A DNA stretch of 64,000 nucleotides from Vicinamibacterales bacterium (GCA_965263195.1 OZ253664.1:3253045-3317044); one strand, 5' to 3'; shown: positions 17,426-26,489, counted from the stretch's first letter. Numbers and translations are program-made. Notes: generated from the letters alone by a model not told the origin.

Positions 17426-19624
17426 TAGGCACCGTCATGGTGCTGCTAGACGGGCAGCAACGCCTAACAACGCTGCATATGCTCCTGACCGGCAAGGTCC
17501 CTGCATTTTACAATGAAGCCGAAATAGAGAACGATCCACGAGACCTTTATTTCAATCTGGAAACAACGAATCTCCAGTATTACCAGCGATCGAAGATGAA
17601 GGACGATCCACTCTGGCAGGGTGTGGTCAAGTGCTTCGACGAAAAATCGATCAACCTGTTTGATATTGTGCAGGCGAAACAGCTTGACGTACAGGCGGCA
17701 TTCGATCTGGCGGATCAGTTGAATACGAATCTTACCACACTTCGGACCGTCCGTCATGCGGACCTACCAGAGCAGATCGTCCCGTCATCCGCGAGCCTTA
17801 CCGATGCGATTGACATTTTCGATCGAGTAAATAGCCAAGGCACGAAGCTGACGGATGCAGAGCTTGCCCTAACGCACGTAACGGCCAACTGGCCGCAGGC
17901 ACGGCGAGTCCTGAAGGCGAAGATTGGTAAGTGTGCGGAGCGCCGCTTCGACTTCACACTTACCTTTATGACCAGAGCTCTAACCACAACGGTAACCCAT
18001 CGAGCATTGTATGAGACGATTCACCCGGTCGACGGTAGCCGCCTCAAGGACGGATGGCGGCGACTGGACAAGCTTCTTGACTACCTGACAACACTCTTGC
18101 CCCAAGAGGCATTCATTCATTCAACGATGGACCTCAATACAACGAACGCGCTGATCCCACTGATCGCCTATTTGGAGGGTCAAGGAGGCAAGTTTCCGAG
18201 TGCTACGTCTGTGCGGCATGCGGTTCATTGGCTGTATGCGGCCTTGATGTGGTCACGATACACCAGCCAGACGGACCAACGGCTCGAGACGGACGTCACG
18301 CTCGTCGCTCGGGAGGCGGAACCGTGGGGCGCGCTTTGCACACATATCGTCGACCAGAGAGGAAGAATCGATGTCGAAGCGGGGGACTTCGCGGGTCGTG
18401 GCACGCCGCACCCGCTTTATCGCGCGGCGTTTATCTTGGCAAAGGCTCACGGGGCGACGGATTGGTTCAATGGCCTGCCATTGTCCCATACGCATGGCGC
18501 TGCGTACGGGTTGCACAGTCATCATATCTTCCCGCAATCACTCCTATACAAGAACGGTCTCAACCAACAGGACTACACGCACCGACAACTTGTGAACGAG
18601 ATAGCGAACCGCGCCTACTTGACGGCTGAAAGCAACATGGGACTTTCCAACAAGGAGCCGGCTGACTATCTGCCCGAAGTGGAGGAGAAATTTCCTGGCG
18701 CGTTGACAAAACAGTTCATCCCAATGGATGCACAACTGTGGAAAGTGGAACGGTACAGGGAGTTCTTGGAGGTTAGGCGTGGGCTGATTGCAAGGAAACT
18801 AAATGAATTCATGCAGAGTCTTGTCGTTGAACCGGAGACGTTACATCACAGACCGGTTGGACAGCTGATAGCACTCGGTGAGAGTTTTACCTTGGAGTTC
18901 AAGAGCAGTCTGCAGTTCGACATGGTCCGTGGCAAGCAGAACACGGCGTTGCGAGGATCCATTCTCAAGACGATCGCGGCATTTTTGAATTCAGAAGGAG
19001 GTACACTGGTGATCGGCGTAGAGGATTTGGGGACCGTGTGCGGTATTGATGCCGACCTTCACCTTGTCGGAAATTCTCGAGATAAGTTCGAGCAACTCGT
19101 TAGTTCTCTGGTAGTTCAATACCTCGGTGTCGGAATCGTACCATATTGCAGGTTTCGATTTGAGGAGGTCGAAGGCCGAACGGTGTACGTCGTTGATGTT
19201 GAGCCTTCCGCCGAGCCAGTTTTTGCAAAGTCTGAGAAAGGCTCAGTCTTTCATGTTCGCATCAGCAATACAACTCGAGCCCTTGATACTGCGGAGGCGC
19301 TACGTTATATCGAATCTCGAGGAATGGGTGCATAATGGATGGTGTCGTTCTTGAGGTGGGCGAGGCGTTCACGGGTGTGGTCGGTGGCGGGCAGCCGCCG
19401 TGTGTCCCGGGATGCGTCGTGTTAGGCAGATCATGGACTGGCCTTGCGCGGGATCCCTAGGGGGGGCAGGATGACCGGAGGGGGGCCAATACGGACTATC
19501 GTCCGAACGGCGCCGCCAGGGTGAGGCCGGCGGCTCCGGCGGCAGCCTTGAGGAGCGCCCGACGCGGGATGGAACTGCCGTATTGTCCCTTTCTTACGCG
19601 CCCGTCCATAGTCGAGACATCTCC

Positions 19625-20416
19625 TCAGTTAATTGTCGTGGTCTCAATGCCTTCGAGGCACACCCTCCACCGATCGGTCGGCCAACCATTGCTCTGCGCC
19701 GCAATGTTTCGGTCGATGTAGAACACGTACAGGTCCCGCACGCGTCCGGCCCTGGTGATCCTGCCGCACTCGGCTATCGCCTCGGCTGAAAGCGTCGCCT
19801 CGCCGTCGTATTCGTTCCACAAGGATGTGTTCTGCAACATGTCCGACACCAGGAGGAACGAATCGATGTCTTCATTTCGCTCAACGAGCGAGGCCATTGT
19901 CTCGACAATCGGCGATACGGTCGCTTCTTCCCGGTCCCGTAGTTCATCGAGTATCCCTCTGAGCCTGTTCAGGAAGGTCGCAAACTCGATTTCGACGACT
20001 CGAGGATTCTCATAGAGGAGATCGGCCATCTCCCCCTGCTTGGGTATGCACCACGAGCGGCCGGATTGGCTCGGATCCTGGTGTTCCGATTCGGGCAGTC
20101 CGTAGATGGACAGCTTTTGCAGGAACAACGTGTCTCTGGTCCACCCTTCAATTCTCTCGAACGCCCTCGCTCCGTCCTCCCCCGATATCTCGTTGGAGGT
20201 GTCAACGAGTATTACCGTGTGACCGGGTATCCGTATTCCTTCGCGGAGTTGCGCTCTTGTACCAGTCGGACAATACCCGTTGGCCTCACGCACCCGAAGT
20301 TGATCGGCGTAGTTCAAGTTGTACCCTACAACGACTACCAGCGCGCTCAGCGCCACGATGACCAGGACGAGTAGTACAACCTTGACGGGGTGGGGCGACT
20401 CGCTGCCGGAGCTCAT
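19625..20416 (-). CDS. Hypothetical N-terminally membrane-anchored protein with degenerate vWA-like motifs (operon gene 4)
   Basis: TM helix VKVVLLVLVIVALSALVVVVG, then VILVDTSNE ... SPIVETM ... FLLVSDM. The start ATG overlaps the upstream stop (ATGA 20413-20416). Confidence 0.65.
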   Translation of the reverse strand: MSSGSESPHPVKVVLLVLVIVALSALVVVVGYNLNYADQLRVREANGYCPTGTRAQLREGIRIPGHTVILVDTSNEISGEDGARAFERIEGWTRDTLFLQKLSIYGLPESEHQDPSQSGRSWCIPKQGEMADLLYENPRVVEIEFATFLNRLRGILDELRDREEATVSPIVETMASLVERNEDIDSFLLVSDMLQNTSLWNEYDGEATLSAEAIAECGRITRAGRVRDLYVFYIDRNIAAQSNGWPTDRWRVCLEGIETTTIN

Positions 20417-21822
20417 CCGGTGCCGGGGCCTCCTCTCCCGGTGGCCGGCCCGAGCACGACGCTTTCATATCGTTCCCACGAATCGGCAACCCTGGCGCAC
20501 TCCCGCTCAACGCTGTCGAAGAACTCCGCCTTCCCCGAATCCCACCACGCGTTTACGATCCTATCCGCCTCGTCCAGGATGCTCCAATCCGAAGGCGTGG
20601 CTGGAAAAGACCAGTCGACGCTGGCGCTCTCTCTGTGCACATTCAACATGCCCCGGTCAATCTTCTCGGCGTTATGCTTGTTGTGCGCTATAATGAAATC
20701 TGATTCTGCGAGATCCAGATAGGACCTTTGTTCCCAGCCCTCCTTGACATCCTCTAGAACGTTCCTCGCACGTCGCCTCTTTTTGTCGAGTTCCTCGATC
20801 CATCCTGCAACGTCGGCCCTGACACCCTTCGTGAGTTTCGTGCGGTAGCGCTCGGACAGGGTTTTGTAGTCTGCCTTGATATCCTTCCATTCGCGGTCCA
20901 GAAGCCTTTCCGCCTTTGCGCGCTTGATCCCGAATCGCACAAAGGTGAATCCCTTGTAGAATCCCACGGCACAGAGCGCCAAACCCAGGACGAGAAAGAG
21001 CAAAGACTCAAGTTCCCACGTCACCGGATTGAACGAGATGCCCGCAGCGAGTTCTCGTACCGATGCCAGGTTGATTTCGGTTGCCTGCAGCGTCTGACGT
21101 TCTCTTTCGTCGATAAGCCTTGCGAAAGCCTCTCGGTGACGTCCCACGATGAGATTCAGAGCCGTAGCGGACAGGAGTAACAGGCCGCAACCTGATAGAA
21201 GCGCCGCCCCTGAGTTCGAGTGGCGACGCACACCGGACAGCAGCAGGCCACCTCCTGCGCCGAGGGCGCCGACGTTGATGGCGGACACGAGTACTGCCGT
21301 GATGAAGGCACCAACCAGTCCGGTCGACAGGGCGCGTGTCAACAGGGTGACATTCGCCATGGCCTCGCCAACGATGCAGACCACGAGCATGGCTATGAGC
21401 TTCAACCACTGGTACCCCGTTGGTGCATCCGTATCGCTCGGCAGCGGCAACTCCGTCCGCGCATTCCGATGCTGCGAGCTACGGTGCTCGAGGACTGTGA
21501 GTTCGTTTTCGGCGTCGATCGTTACCTGCTGAGGCCCCTTTGAGCGTTTGAAATCCCAGCCGTTCAGCGGTTGGCCGATTTCCTTGGCGACGGTATCGAG
21601 GGTGCGGTTGACCAAATCCCGATAGGCCAGTCCGAGAGAGGTGAGAAGCTTGTGGTGGGCCGGCTTCCAGTCTCCGTTGGCGTGGAGGGCGATCTCGGCC
21701 GGGTCGAGGCCCAGCGACCTGGGATCGGTGGGCCAGGAGTTCTTCGAGGTCGGAACCGATGCGGCGGGTTCAGGCAACCTGCTCGACGGTTCCGAAGCAG
21801 TTTGGCTCGTGCCCTCAGTCAT
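20413..21822 (-). CDS. Hypothetical polytopic membrane protein, 469 aa (operon gene 3)
   Basis: About four hydrophobic helices (WLKLIAMLVVCIVGEAMANVTLL, GLVGAFITAVLVSAINVGALG, ALLSGCGLLLLSATALNLIVG, LLFLVLGLALCAVGFYKGF). A charged helical segment lies before the last helix, and there are long soluble termini. No family recognised. Confidence 0.65.
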   Translation of the reverse strand: MTEGTSQTASEPSSRLPEPAASVPTSKNSWPTDPRSLGLDPAEIALHANGDWKPAHHKLLTSLGLAYRDLVNRTLDTVAKEIGQPLNGWDFKRSKGPQQVTIDAENELTVLEHRSSQHRNARTELPLPSDTDAPTGYQWLKLIAMLVVCIVGEAMANVTLLTRALSTGLVGAFITAVLVSAINVGALGAGGGLLLSGVRRHSNSGAALLSGCGLLLLSATALNLIVGRHREAFARLIDERERQTLQATEINLASVRELAAGISFNPVTWELESLLFLVLGLALCAVGFYKGFTFVRFGIKRAKAERLLDREWKDIKADYKTLSERYRTKLTKGVRADVAGWIEELDKKRRRARNVLEDVKEGWEQRSYLDLAESDFIIAHNKHNAEKIDRGMLNVHRESASVDWSFPATPSDWSILDEADRIVNAWWDSGKAEFFDSVERECARVADSWERYESVVLGPATGRGGPGTG

Positions 21823-22298
21823 CAGAAACCCCGTCCTCCGGTTTGATCCTGCAATGTAGCGGCGAATCCGGAGTGTACGGGAAGTCGAAGGCGGTCGTCA
21901 ACGGAGATGGACAGCGCTGCTATTCTCCCTCGTCGCGCCTTGCCAGCGGGGCACCTCGCGACTCTCGATGCTTTCGCGGGGATTCTCCACGGGCTCCTAG
22001 CTGCTATGGCCCCGACGGTAGCGGCCAATTCTGCTTCAAGTCCTTGACGTCGGTCACGCAACGCATCCCTGTTCCGAATCAGCGACTGCCGTACGCGATC
22101 AGCTACGTGCCAGAGAGCGGTGGACGTGGAATGGATCGGTGGGCGAAGCAGGTTGGCAAACGGCGACACAACGACCCAGAGCAGACCGACTGATGCGATC
22201 CATGCAAGTGCACGAAGGCAGTTCTGCCACAGGCTGCTAACCTTGAGTCCAGAAAGGAGCCGGATGCTGACATCCGCCGTGGCATGGGAAATTGACAT
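21822..22298 (-). CDS. Possible small membrane protein (operon gene 2), uncertain
   Basis: ATG at 22298. One hydrophobic helix ALAWIASVGLLWVVVSPFANLL. Its TGA overlaps the ATG of the next gene (TGATG at 21820-21824). It overlaps the 3' end of 22237..23343 by 62 nt, so it may be an artefact. Confidence 0.35.
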   Translation of the reverse strand: MSISHATADVSIRLLSGLKVSSLWQNCLRALAWIASVGLLWVVVSPFANLLRPPIHSTSTALWHVADRVRQSLIRNRDALRDRRQGLEAELAATVGAIAARSPWRIPAKASRVARCPAGKARRGRIAALSISVDDRLRLPVHSGFAATLQDQTGGRGF

Positions 22299-23343
22299 CC
22301 CCGGTGCGAACGTTAGCAAGATGCCATTTCAGGAGGATGTACGCGGCTCGTGCATTACCATACGCACATTCGACTTCGGCGATTCTCCGGTTGGATAGAT
22401 GGCATCCAGGATGTGCCAGGTTGCGAAGGTCCCGCATCATGTCGAGGAGCGGGCGAGAGCGAAGCGTTCCCTCCGCCACTTTAAAATCTGGTAGCCATCC
22501 TGCCTCGCCAGCCACCACCGCGAGCTCATGCAAGCTCCAGCGTTTTGGGTTGGCGCGGTTCGGTCGCTCGCGGGCGGGCAAACGGTTACGCGCGTGTAGA
22601 GCGTCGTCGCGGCGGTTCAAGCAAGCAAACAAGAGGGCAGCCTCAATGGCGGAACCGATCATGACGGCCGCTGCGTGATACGCTCCGCCTTCCGCGCAGA
22701 TTTTGGCCTCAGATTCGAACTGTTTTTGGAGAACGCTCAGTCGTTCCAACTCTGGGACATCATCAAAGGCAAGGCGGCGGCCCTGCTCTCTACGCGCATC
22801 GTACGATTTCCGGTCCACGCGGTAGAGATCGGCGATGTCGTCAAAACCGTATTCACGCAGCGCCTCTTCGAACTTCCTGTCCAGAACATGCGAGTGTTGT
22901 TCGGTCAACTCCTCCCAATCATCCGGCCCTTGCCCGATGGGCCAGAACTCGTCGTCCTTGAGCCGTTCTCGCTGGCGTATGGCGTCCATGCGCGCCGCTA
23001 TGCCCGCGAGGTCGGCATTGTACAAGCCGTCTAGACAGCGCCGCTCATGAACACGTTCGATGGCGGACACCCGCAGTAGGAAGCAATAGGAGGGCGCGAA
23101 CACACTGGCGGCTTCCGCCGACCCAGCTGTGTCGATCCAGGCTCGCGTGGCGGTCTCGATCTCGGACAAGTCGAGCTTCAAGGCGTTCTGTAGTTGGTTG
23201 TCAGTGATACGGCAAAGCTCGTGCGCGTGTTCCTGAAAGTGATACCAGGCTCTGCAACTAGCAAGGATGGCATTTAGGGCTTGCGACACTGGTTCTGAGA
23301 GCCGAGTGCCACCGGTTCGACGGGTCTTTTTCGAATCATTCAT
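22237..23343 (-). CDS. Hypothetical protein with C-terminal HEPN-like helical domain (operon gene 1)
   Basis: ATG at 23343 (MNDSKKTRR..). The C-terminal region GGAYHAAAVMIGSAIEAALLFA ... LLDMMRDLRNLAHPG fits the HEPN helix pattern with an Rx4-6H-type motif. Confidence 0.6.
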   Translation of the reverse strand: MNDSKKTRRTGGTRLSEPVSQALNAILASCRAWYHFQEHAHELCRITDNQLQNALKLDLSEIETATRAWIDTAGSAEAASVFAPSYCFLLRVSAIERVHERRCLDGLYNADLAGIAARMDAIRQRERLKDDEFWPIGQGPDDWEELTEQHSHVLDRKFEEALREYGFDDIADLYRVDRKSYDARREQGRRLAFDDVPELERLSVLQKQFESEAKICAEGGAYHAAAVMIGSAIEAALLFACLNRRDDALHARNRLPARERPNRANPKRWSLHELAVVAGEAGWLPDFKVAEGTLRSRPLLDMMRDLRNLAHPGCHLSNRRIAEVECAYGNARAAYILLKWHLANVRTGDVNFPCHGGCQHPAPFWTQG

Positions 23344-23434
23344 TGTCGATGTGTCTCTCGTGGCGCGCCGAAGGTGGTCGCTGATGGCGTGGGGCCGACG
23401 GACCACATCTGCGCGGACACCCGCGTGGAGTCAA

Positions 23435-23509
23435 GACGACTACCACGCAGACTTCGCCGCGAAAATCAAAGACCAGATCGAGCAGGGCGTGGTGCCGTGG
23501 CATAGGAAA
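23435..23509 (+). pseudogene. Remnant of an ArdC-like (DUF1738 N-terminal domain) antirestriction gene
   Basis: The frame reads DDYHADFAAKIKDQIEQGVVPWHRK. This resembles the ArdC_N opening (..y..v...ii..le.G..PW.k). There is no plausible start and no continuation. Confidence 0.3.
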
Positions 23510-23535
23510 TCATCACCTGATCTTCGATCATTCGA

Positions 23536-24051
23536 TCATTCGCTCAACATTGCCCGCAGGTCCTTCATGAGTAAGAACAGGTGATAGGGATCCGTGGGGC
23601 TCGGCTCGAACTCCAAGGCTTCGTACCAGCCCCGCGCCTCGTCGTCCTTGGCATGGACGAGAAGTGCCCGAATACCGGCGATGTCGGCGGCTGCGGCGGT
23701 TCTGAGCAGTGCGTCCTTGACGAGCGCCTTGCCCAGGCCTCGTCCTTGCCAGGTCAGGTCGACCGCGAGACGGGCAAGGAGCATCACCGGGATCGGGTGC
23801 CGGGCCAGCCCCTTGCCGACCCGGAGAGGTGCGTCGGTATGTTCGACGGCTCCCGCCGCAAGGCTGTAGTAGGCGAGCACCGTCAATCCCCGGCAGGCGA
23901 CATAGGTCCGGGCGCTGTCGGCCTTCTGGTTCGCCAGCGCGAAACGCTTCAGAAAGCGATCGAGTGGCTCTTTCCCGCACTCGAAGGAATCGACATCGTG
24001 CGTTGCGTCGAGCTTCTCGACAGGAGACAACCCCTCCTGTTCCGGCGTCAC
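23536..24051 (-). CDS. GNAT-family acetyltransferase toxin (TacT/KacT-like)
   Basis: GTG at 24051 overlaps the antitoxin stop (GTGA). Motifs FECGKEPLDRFLKR, LLARLAVD..WQGRGLGKALV, ALLVHAKDDEARGWYEALEF. Confidence 0.8.
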   Translation of the reverse strand: MTPEQEGLSPVEKLDATHDVDSFECGKEPLDRFLKRFALANQKADSARTYVACRGLTVLAYYSLAAGAVEHTDAPLRVGKGLARHPIPVMLLARLAVDLTWQGRGLGKALVKDALLRTAAAADIAGIRALLVHAKDDEARGWYEALEFEPSPTDPYHLFLLMKDLRAMLSE

Positions 24052-24323
24052 TCCAGCACGCTCTTCTCCGCAAGCAATCGAGTCAAGCGGGGCTTGTGGG
24101 CGACCGGGCGGTCCAGGATGGCCTGGAAGGCCTGCCACTGGCGATCGTCGAGGCGGAAAATCCGCCGGTCGACCAGGGCGTCCTCAGCGGCGTTGATCCC
24201 TGCCTCGAGCAGAAACTCCGTGACGTTCTTGTGTGACGAGGCCGCAGCCCGCTGAAGCAACGCCTTCATGTTCGGGGTCGTCCGAACCTCAATGCGTTCC
24301 GACTTGTTTTCGGCGATGGCCAT
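24048..24323 (-). CDS. DUF1778 (TacA-like) antitoxin
   Basis: ATG at 24323 with GGAGG upstream. The 91-aa product reads MAIAENKSERIEVRTTPNMKALLQRAAASSHKNVTEFLLEAG..., the RHH-type DUF1778 pattern. Confidence 0.8.
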   Translation of the reverse strand: MAIAENKSERIEVRTTPNMKALLQRAAASSHKNVTEFLLEAGINAAEDALVDRRIFRLDDRQWQAFQAILDRPVAHKPRLTRLLAEKSVLE

Positions 24324-24549
24324 GAATGTTCCTCCGGTTGGATCCACCGACATTCTGTCATACGGATAGTGTACGGACAAGAACGCATCGACAGGCACGC
24401 TACCGTGCCTCACATCCTCCTGTGAGGGCCCGCTCGTTCCGCGTCTGGGATGAGGTGACCTCTGCCCACTGAGCCCGGGCGATGTCGGCGAGCGCGGAAG
24501 AGACTCGGCCCAAGTTCGCAAACTTGACAGTGCCGCTGGCCGACATATC

Positions 24550-25506
24550 ATGGCCGCCGTGGACGGAACGGTTGCCATTACCGATCACGGCTGGTACGAA
24601 TGCCTGCTGGCGCAGGACCGCCTCGACGAGATCAACTTCTGGACGCCGTCTGCCCACTGGGCCTTTCGAGGTGAGATCGGAGCGCCCTTCTTTTTCAAGC
24701 TGAAGGGACGCTACGACCACGCGATCTGTGGGTTCGCCTATTTCGCTCGCTACACTCGACTGCCGGACTGGCTCGCATGGGAGACCTTCGGCATCAAGAA
24801 TGGTTGCCAGACCCTCGACGCGATGCGCGACCGGATCGGTGGCATTCGAGCTCGGATCGACTACCGCGCCGCCTCGCCGTCGAATCAGATCGGCTGCATT
24901 CTCCTGTCCCAGCCGACGTTCTTTCCTCAAGACGCGTGGATTCAGGGGCCCAGGGATTGGCCACCCACGAACATGCGACCCAAACGGTACGACCTGACCG
25001 TGGGAGAAGGCCTGCGCATCTGGGAGGAATGTCGTGCCCAAGCCGCGACCGTTGGCGTGACTGCATCAATCGGTCGGCTGCCCCTGGTTCTTGAAGCGGC
25101 ACCGCGCTACGGGGCGCCCCAACTGGTTCAGCCGCGCCTCGGCCAGGGTATCTTCCGTGTGGCAGTCATGGATGCCTATTCCCGAGCCTGCGCCGTGACG
25201 CACGAGCATTCCCTGCCGGCGCTGGAAGCGTCCCATCTCCAGCCATATGCGAAGAACGGCCCACATGAAGTCCGCAACGGGGTTCTCCTCAGGGCTGACC
25301 TGCACCGACTGTTCGATCAGGGCTACGTCACCGTCACGCCAGAGTACCGAGTCGAAGTGAGTCCGCGGCTGAAGCTCGATTACGATAACGGCCACAGCTA
25401 CTACCCCCTGCACGGTTCCCGCGTGTCCCTGCCCAAAGCGTCCGAGGACGCGCCGGGCCCGGACTACCTGCGCTGGCACAACGAGCAGGTGTACCGAGCC
25501 TCCTGA
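24550..25506 (+). CDS. HNH nuclease (HNH_2-type) with N-terminal PUA/EVE-like domain; candidate modification-dependent restriction enzyme
   Basis: C-terminal CAVT....LEASHLQPY...GPHEVRNGVLLRADLHRLFDQGYVTV. N-terminal VAITDHGWYECL...EINFWTPS...PFFFKLKG..ICGFAYF. Confidence 0.7.
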   Translation: MAAVDGTVAITDHGWYECLLAQDRLDEINFWTPSAHWAFRGEIGAPFFFKLKGRYDHAICGFAYFARYTRLPDWLAWETFGIKNGCQTLDAMRDRIGGIRARIDYRAASPSNQIGCILLSQPTFFPQDAWIQGPRDWPPTNMRPKRYDLTVGEGLRIWEECRAQAATVGVTASIGRLPLVLEAAPRYGAPQLVQPRLGQGIFRVAVMDAYSRACAVTHEHSLPALEASHLQPYAKNGPHEVRNGVLLRADLHRLFDQGYVTVTPEYRVEVSPRLKLDYDNGHSYYPLHGSRVSLPKASEDAPGPDYLRWHNEQVYRAS

Positions 25507-25520
25507 TCGACAGGCCGACG

Positions 25521-26462
25521 ATGCGGTACTGGTGGGTGAATCAGAATCAGACGTATCGGGCCGAGGTGCGCGGCAGCTTCATGTGGTCGCCGAAGCGGAA
25601 CGCGAACGGTGCGCGCAATCAGTTCTACCAGAACATGCGATCCGTGGCGCCCGGTGACGTCATCTTTTCGTTCTGCGACACTCGCATCAAGGCGATCGGC
25701 GTCGTCACGGGCCCCGCCGAGACCGGCCCCAAGCCGGACTTCGGTTCAGTGGGCGTGAACTGGTCCAAGGAGGGCTGGTTTGTTCCCGTCGACTACTGTG
25801 CGTTGGAACACCGAGTTCGCCCGAAGGACCACATCGGCATCCTCCGGCCGTTTCTGCCTGCGAAGTACTCACCACTCCAATCGAACGGTGACGGCCTCCA
25901 GTCTGTGTATCTCGCCGAGCTACCTGAACCACTGGCGCAAGCGCTCATCGGTCTCATCGGCCAGGCGTTCTTGGACGCCTTCGCGACGATCGCTGACTAC
26001 CAGACGGCCTTTGATTCGTCCGAGCCAGACCAGAACATCATCGAGCGCGGCATCGTTGGTCCTACCTTCAGAGATCAAGTTGTGAAGTCGCGGCGTGGTC
26101 AAGGTGTCTACAGGGCGAATGTTCTGCTCCGGGAGTCGTCGTGCCGGGTCACTCGGGTGGACGATTCCAGACATCTCAAGGCCAGCCACATCAAGCCGTG
26201 GCGTGACGCGACCGATGCCGAACGCCTCGATGGGTCGAACGGGCTGCTGCTATCGCCGCATATCGATCACTTGTTCGACGGAGGCTACATCACGTTCTCG
26301 ACCGATCAGTCGCTCGTCATCGTTCCAGAGGTCCGAGACAGTTTGCTCGACGCCTGGGGAATCGACGCTGGCGTCCGTGTGGGCGATTTTTCCCGGGAGC
26401 AGAACGCCTACCTCGACTATCACCGCGCCAACGTGTTCAAGGACGCCCTCATGAAGACGTAA
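25521..26462 (+). CDS. Second HNH nuclease (HNH_2-type) with a different N-terminal PUA/EVE-like domain
   Basis: N-terminal MRYWWVNQNQTYRAEVRGSFMWSPK...APGDVIFSF..TRIKAIGVV. C-terminal CRVT....LKASHIKPW......NGLLLSPHIDHLFDGGYITF. Starts 14 nt after the previous gene. Confidence 0.7.
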   Translation: MRYWWVNQNQTYRAEVRGSFMWSPKRNANGARNQFYQNMRSVAPGDVIFSFCDTRIKAIGVVTGPAETGPKPDFGSVGVNWSKEGWFVPVDYCALEHRVRPKDHIGILRPFLPAKYSPLQSNGDGLQSVYLAELPEPLAQALIGLIGQAFLDAFATIADYQTAFDSSEPDQNIIERGIVGPTFRDQVVKSRRGQGVYRANVLLRESSCRVTRVDDSRHLKASHIKPWRDATDAERLDGSNGLLLSPHIDHLFDGGYITFSTDQSLVIVPEVRDSLLDAWGIDAGVRVGDFSREQNAYLDYHRANVFKDALMKT

Positions 26463-26489
26463 CGCCGACGCGGTTCCACCGGGGCCATA

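Larger units (their letters stand above)
16388..19335 (+). pseudogene. GmrSD-like type IV restriction gene (DUF262 + DUF1524 HNH-like) with C-terminal Schlafen/AlbA_2-like domain, split by an IS5-family insertion
   Basis: The N-terminal fragment 16388..16591 carries LPEFQREYVW. The C-terminal fragment 17428..19335 carries LLDGQQRLTT, HSHHIFPQ...NEIANRAYLT..SN..LSNK, and ..FTLEFKSSL...AAFLNSEGGTLVIGVED. Removing 16592..17427 restores one frame (..PDKLGTVMVLLDGQQR..). Confidence 0.75.

Noticed and set aside
23267-23584. 105-aa + strand ORF as a real gene
   Set aside because: Only about 25 codons resemble ArdC_N. The rest overlaps the start region of the upstream minus-strand gene and the 3' end of the GNAT toxin gene. 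I retained it only as a remnant.
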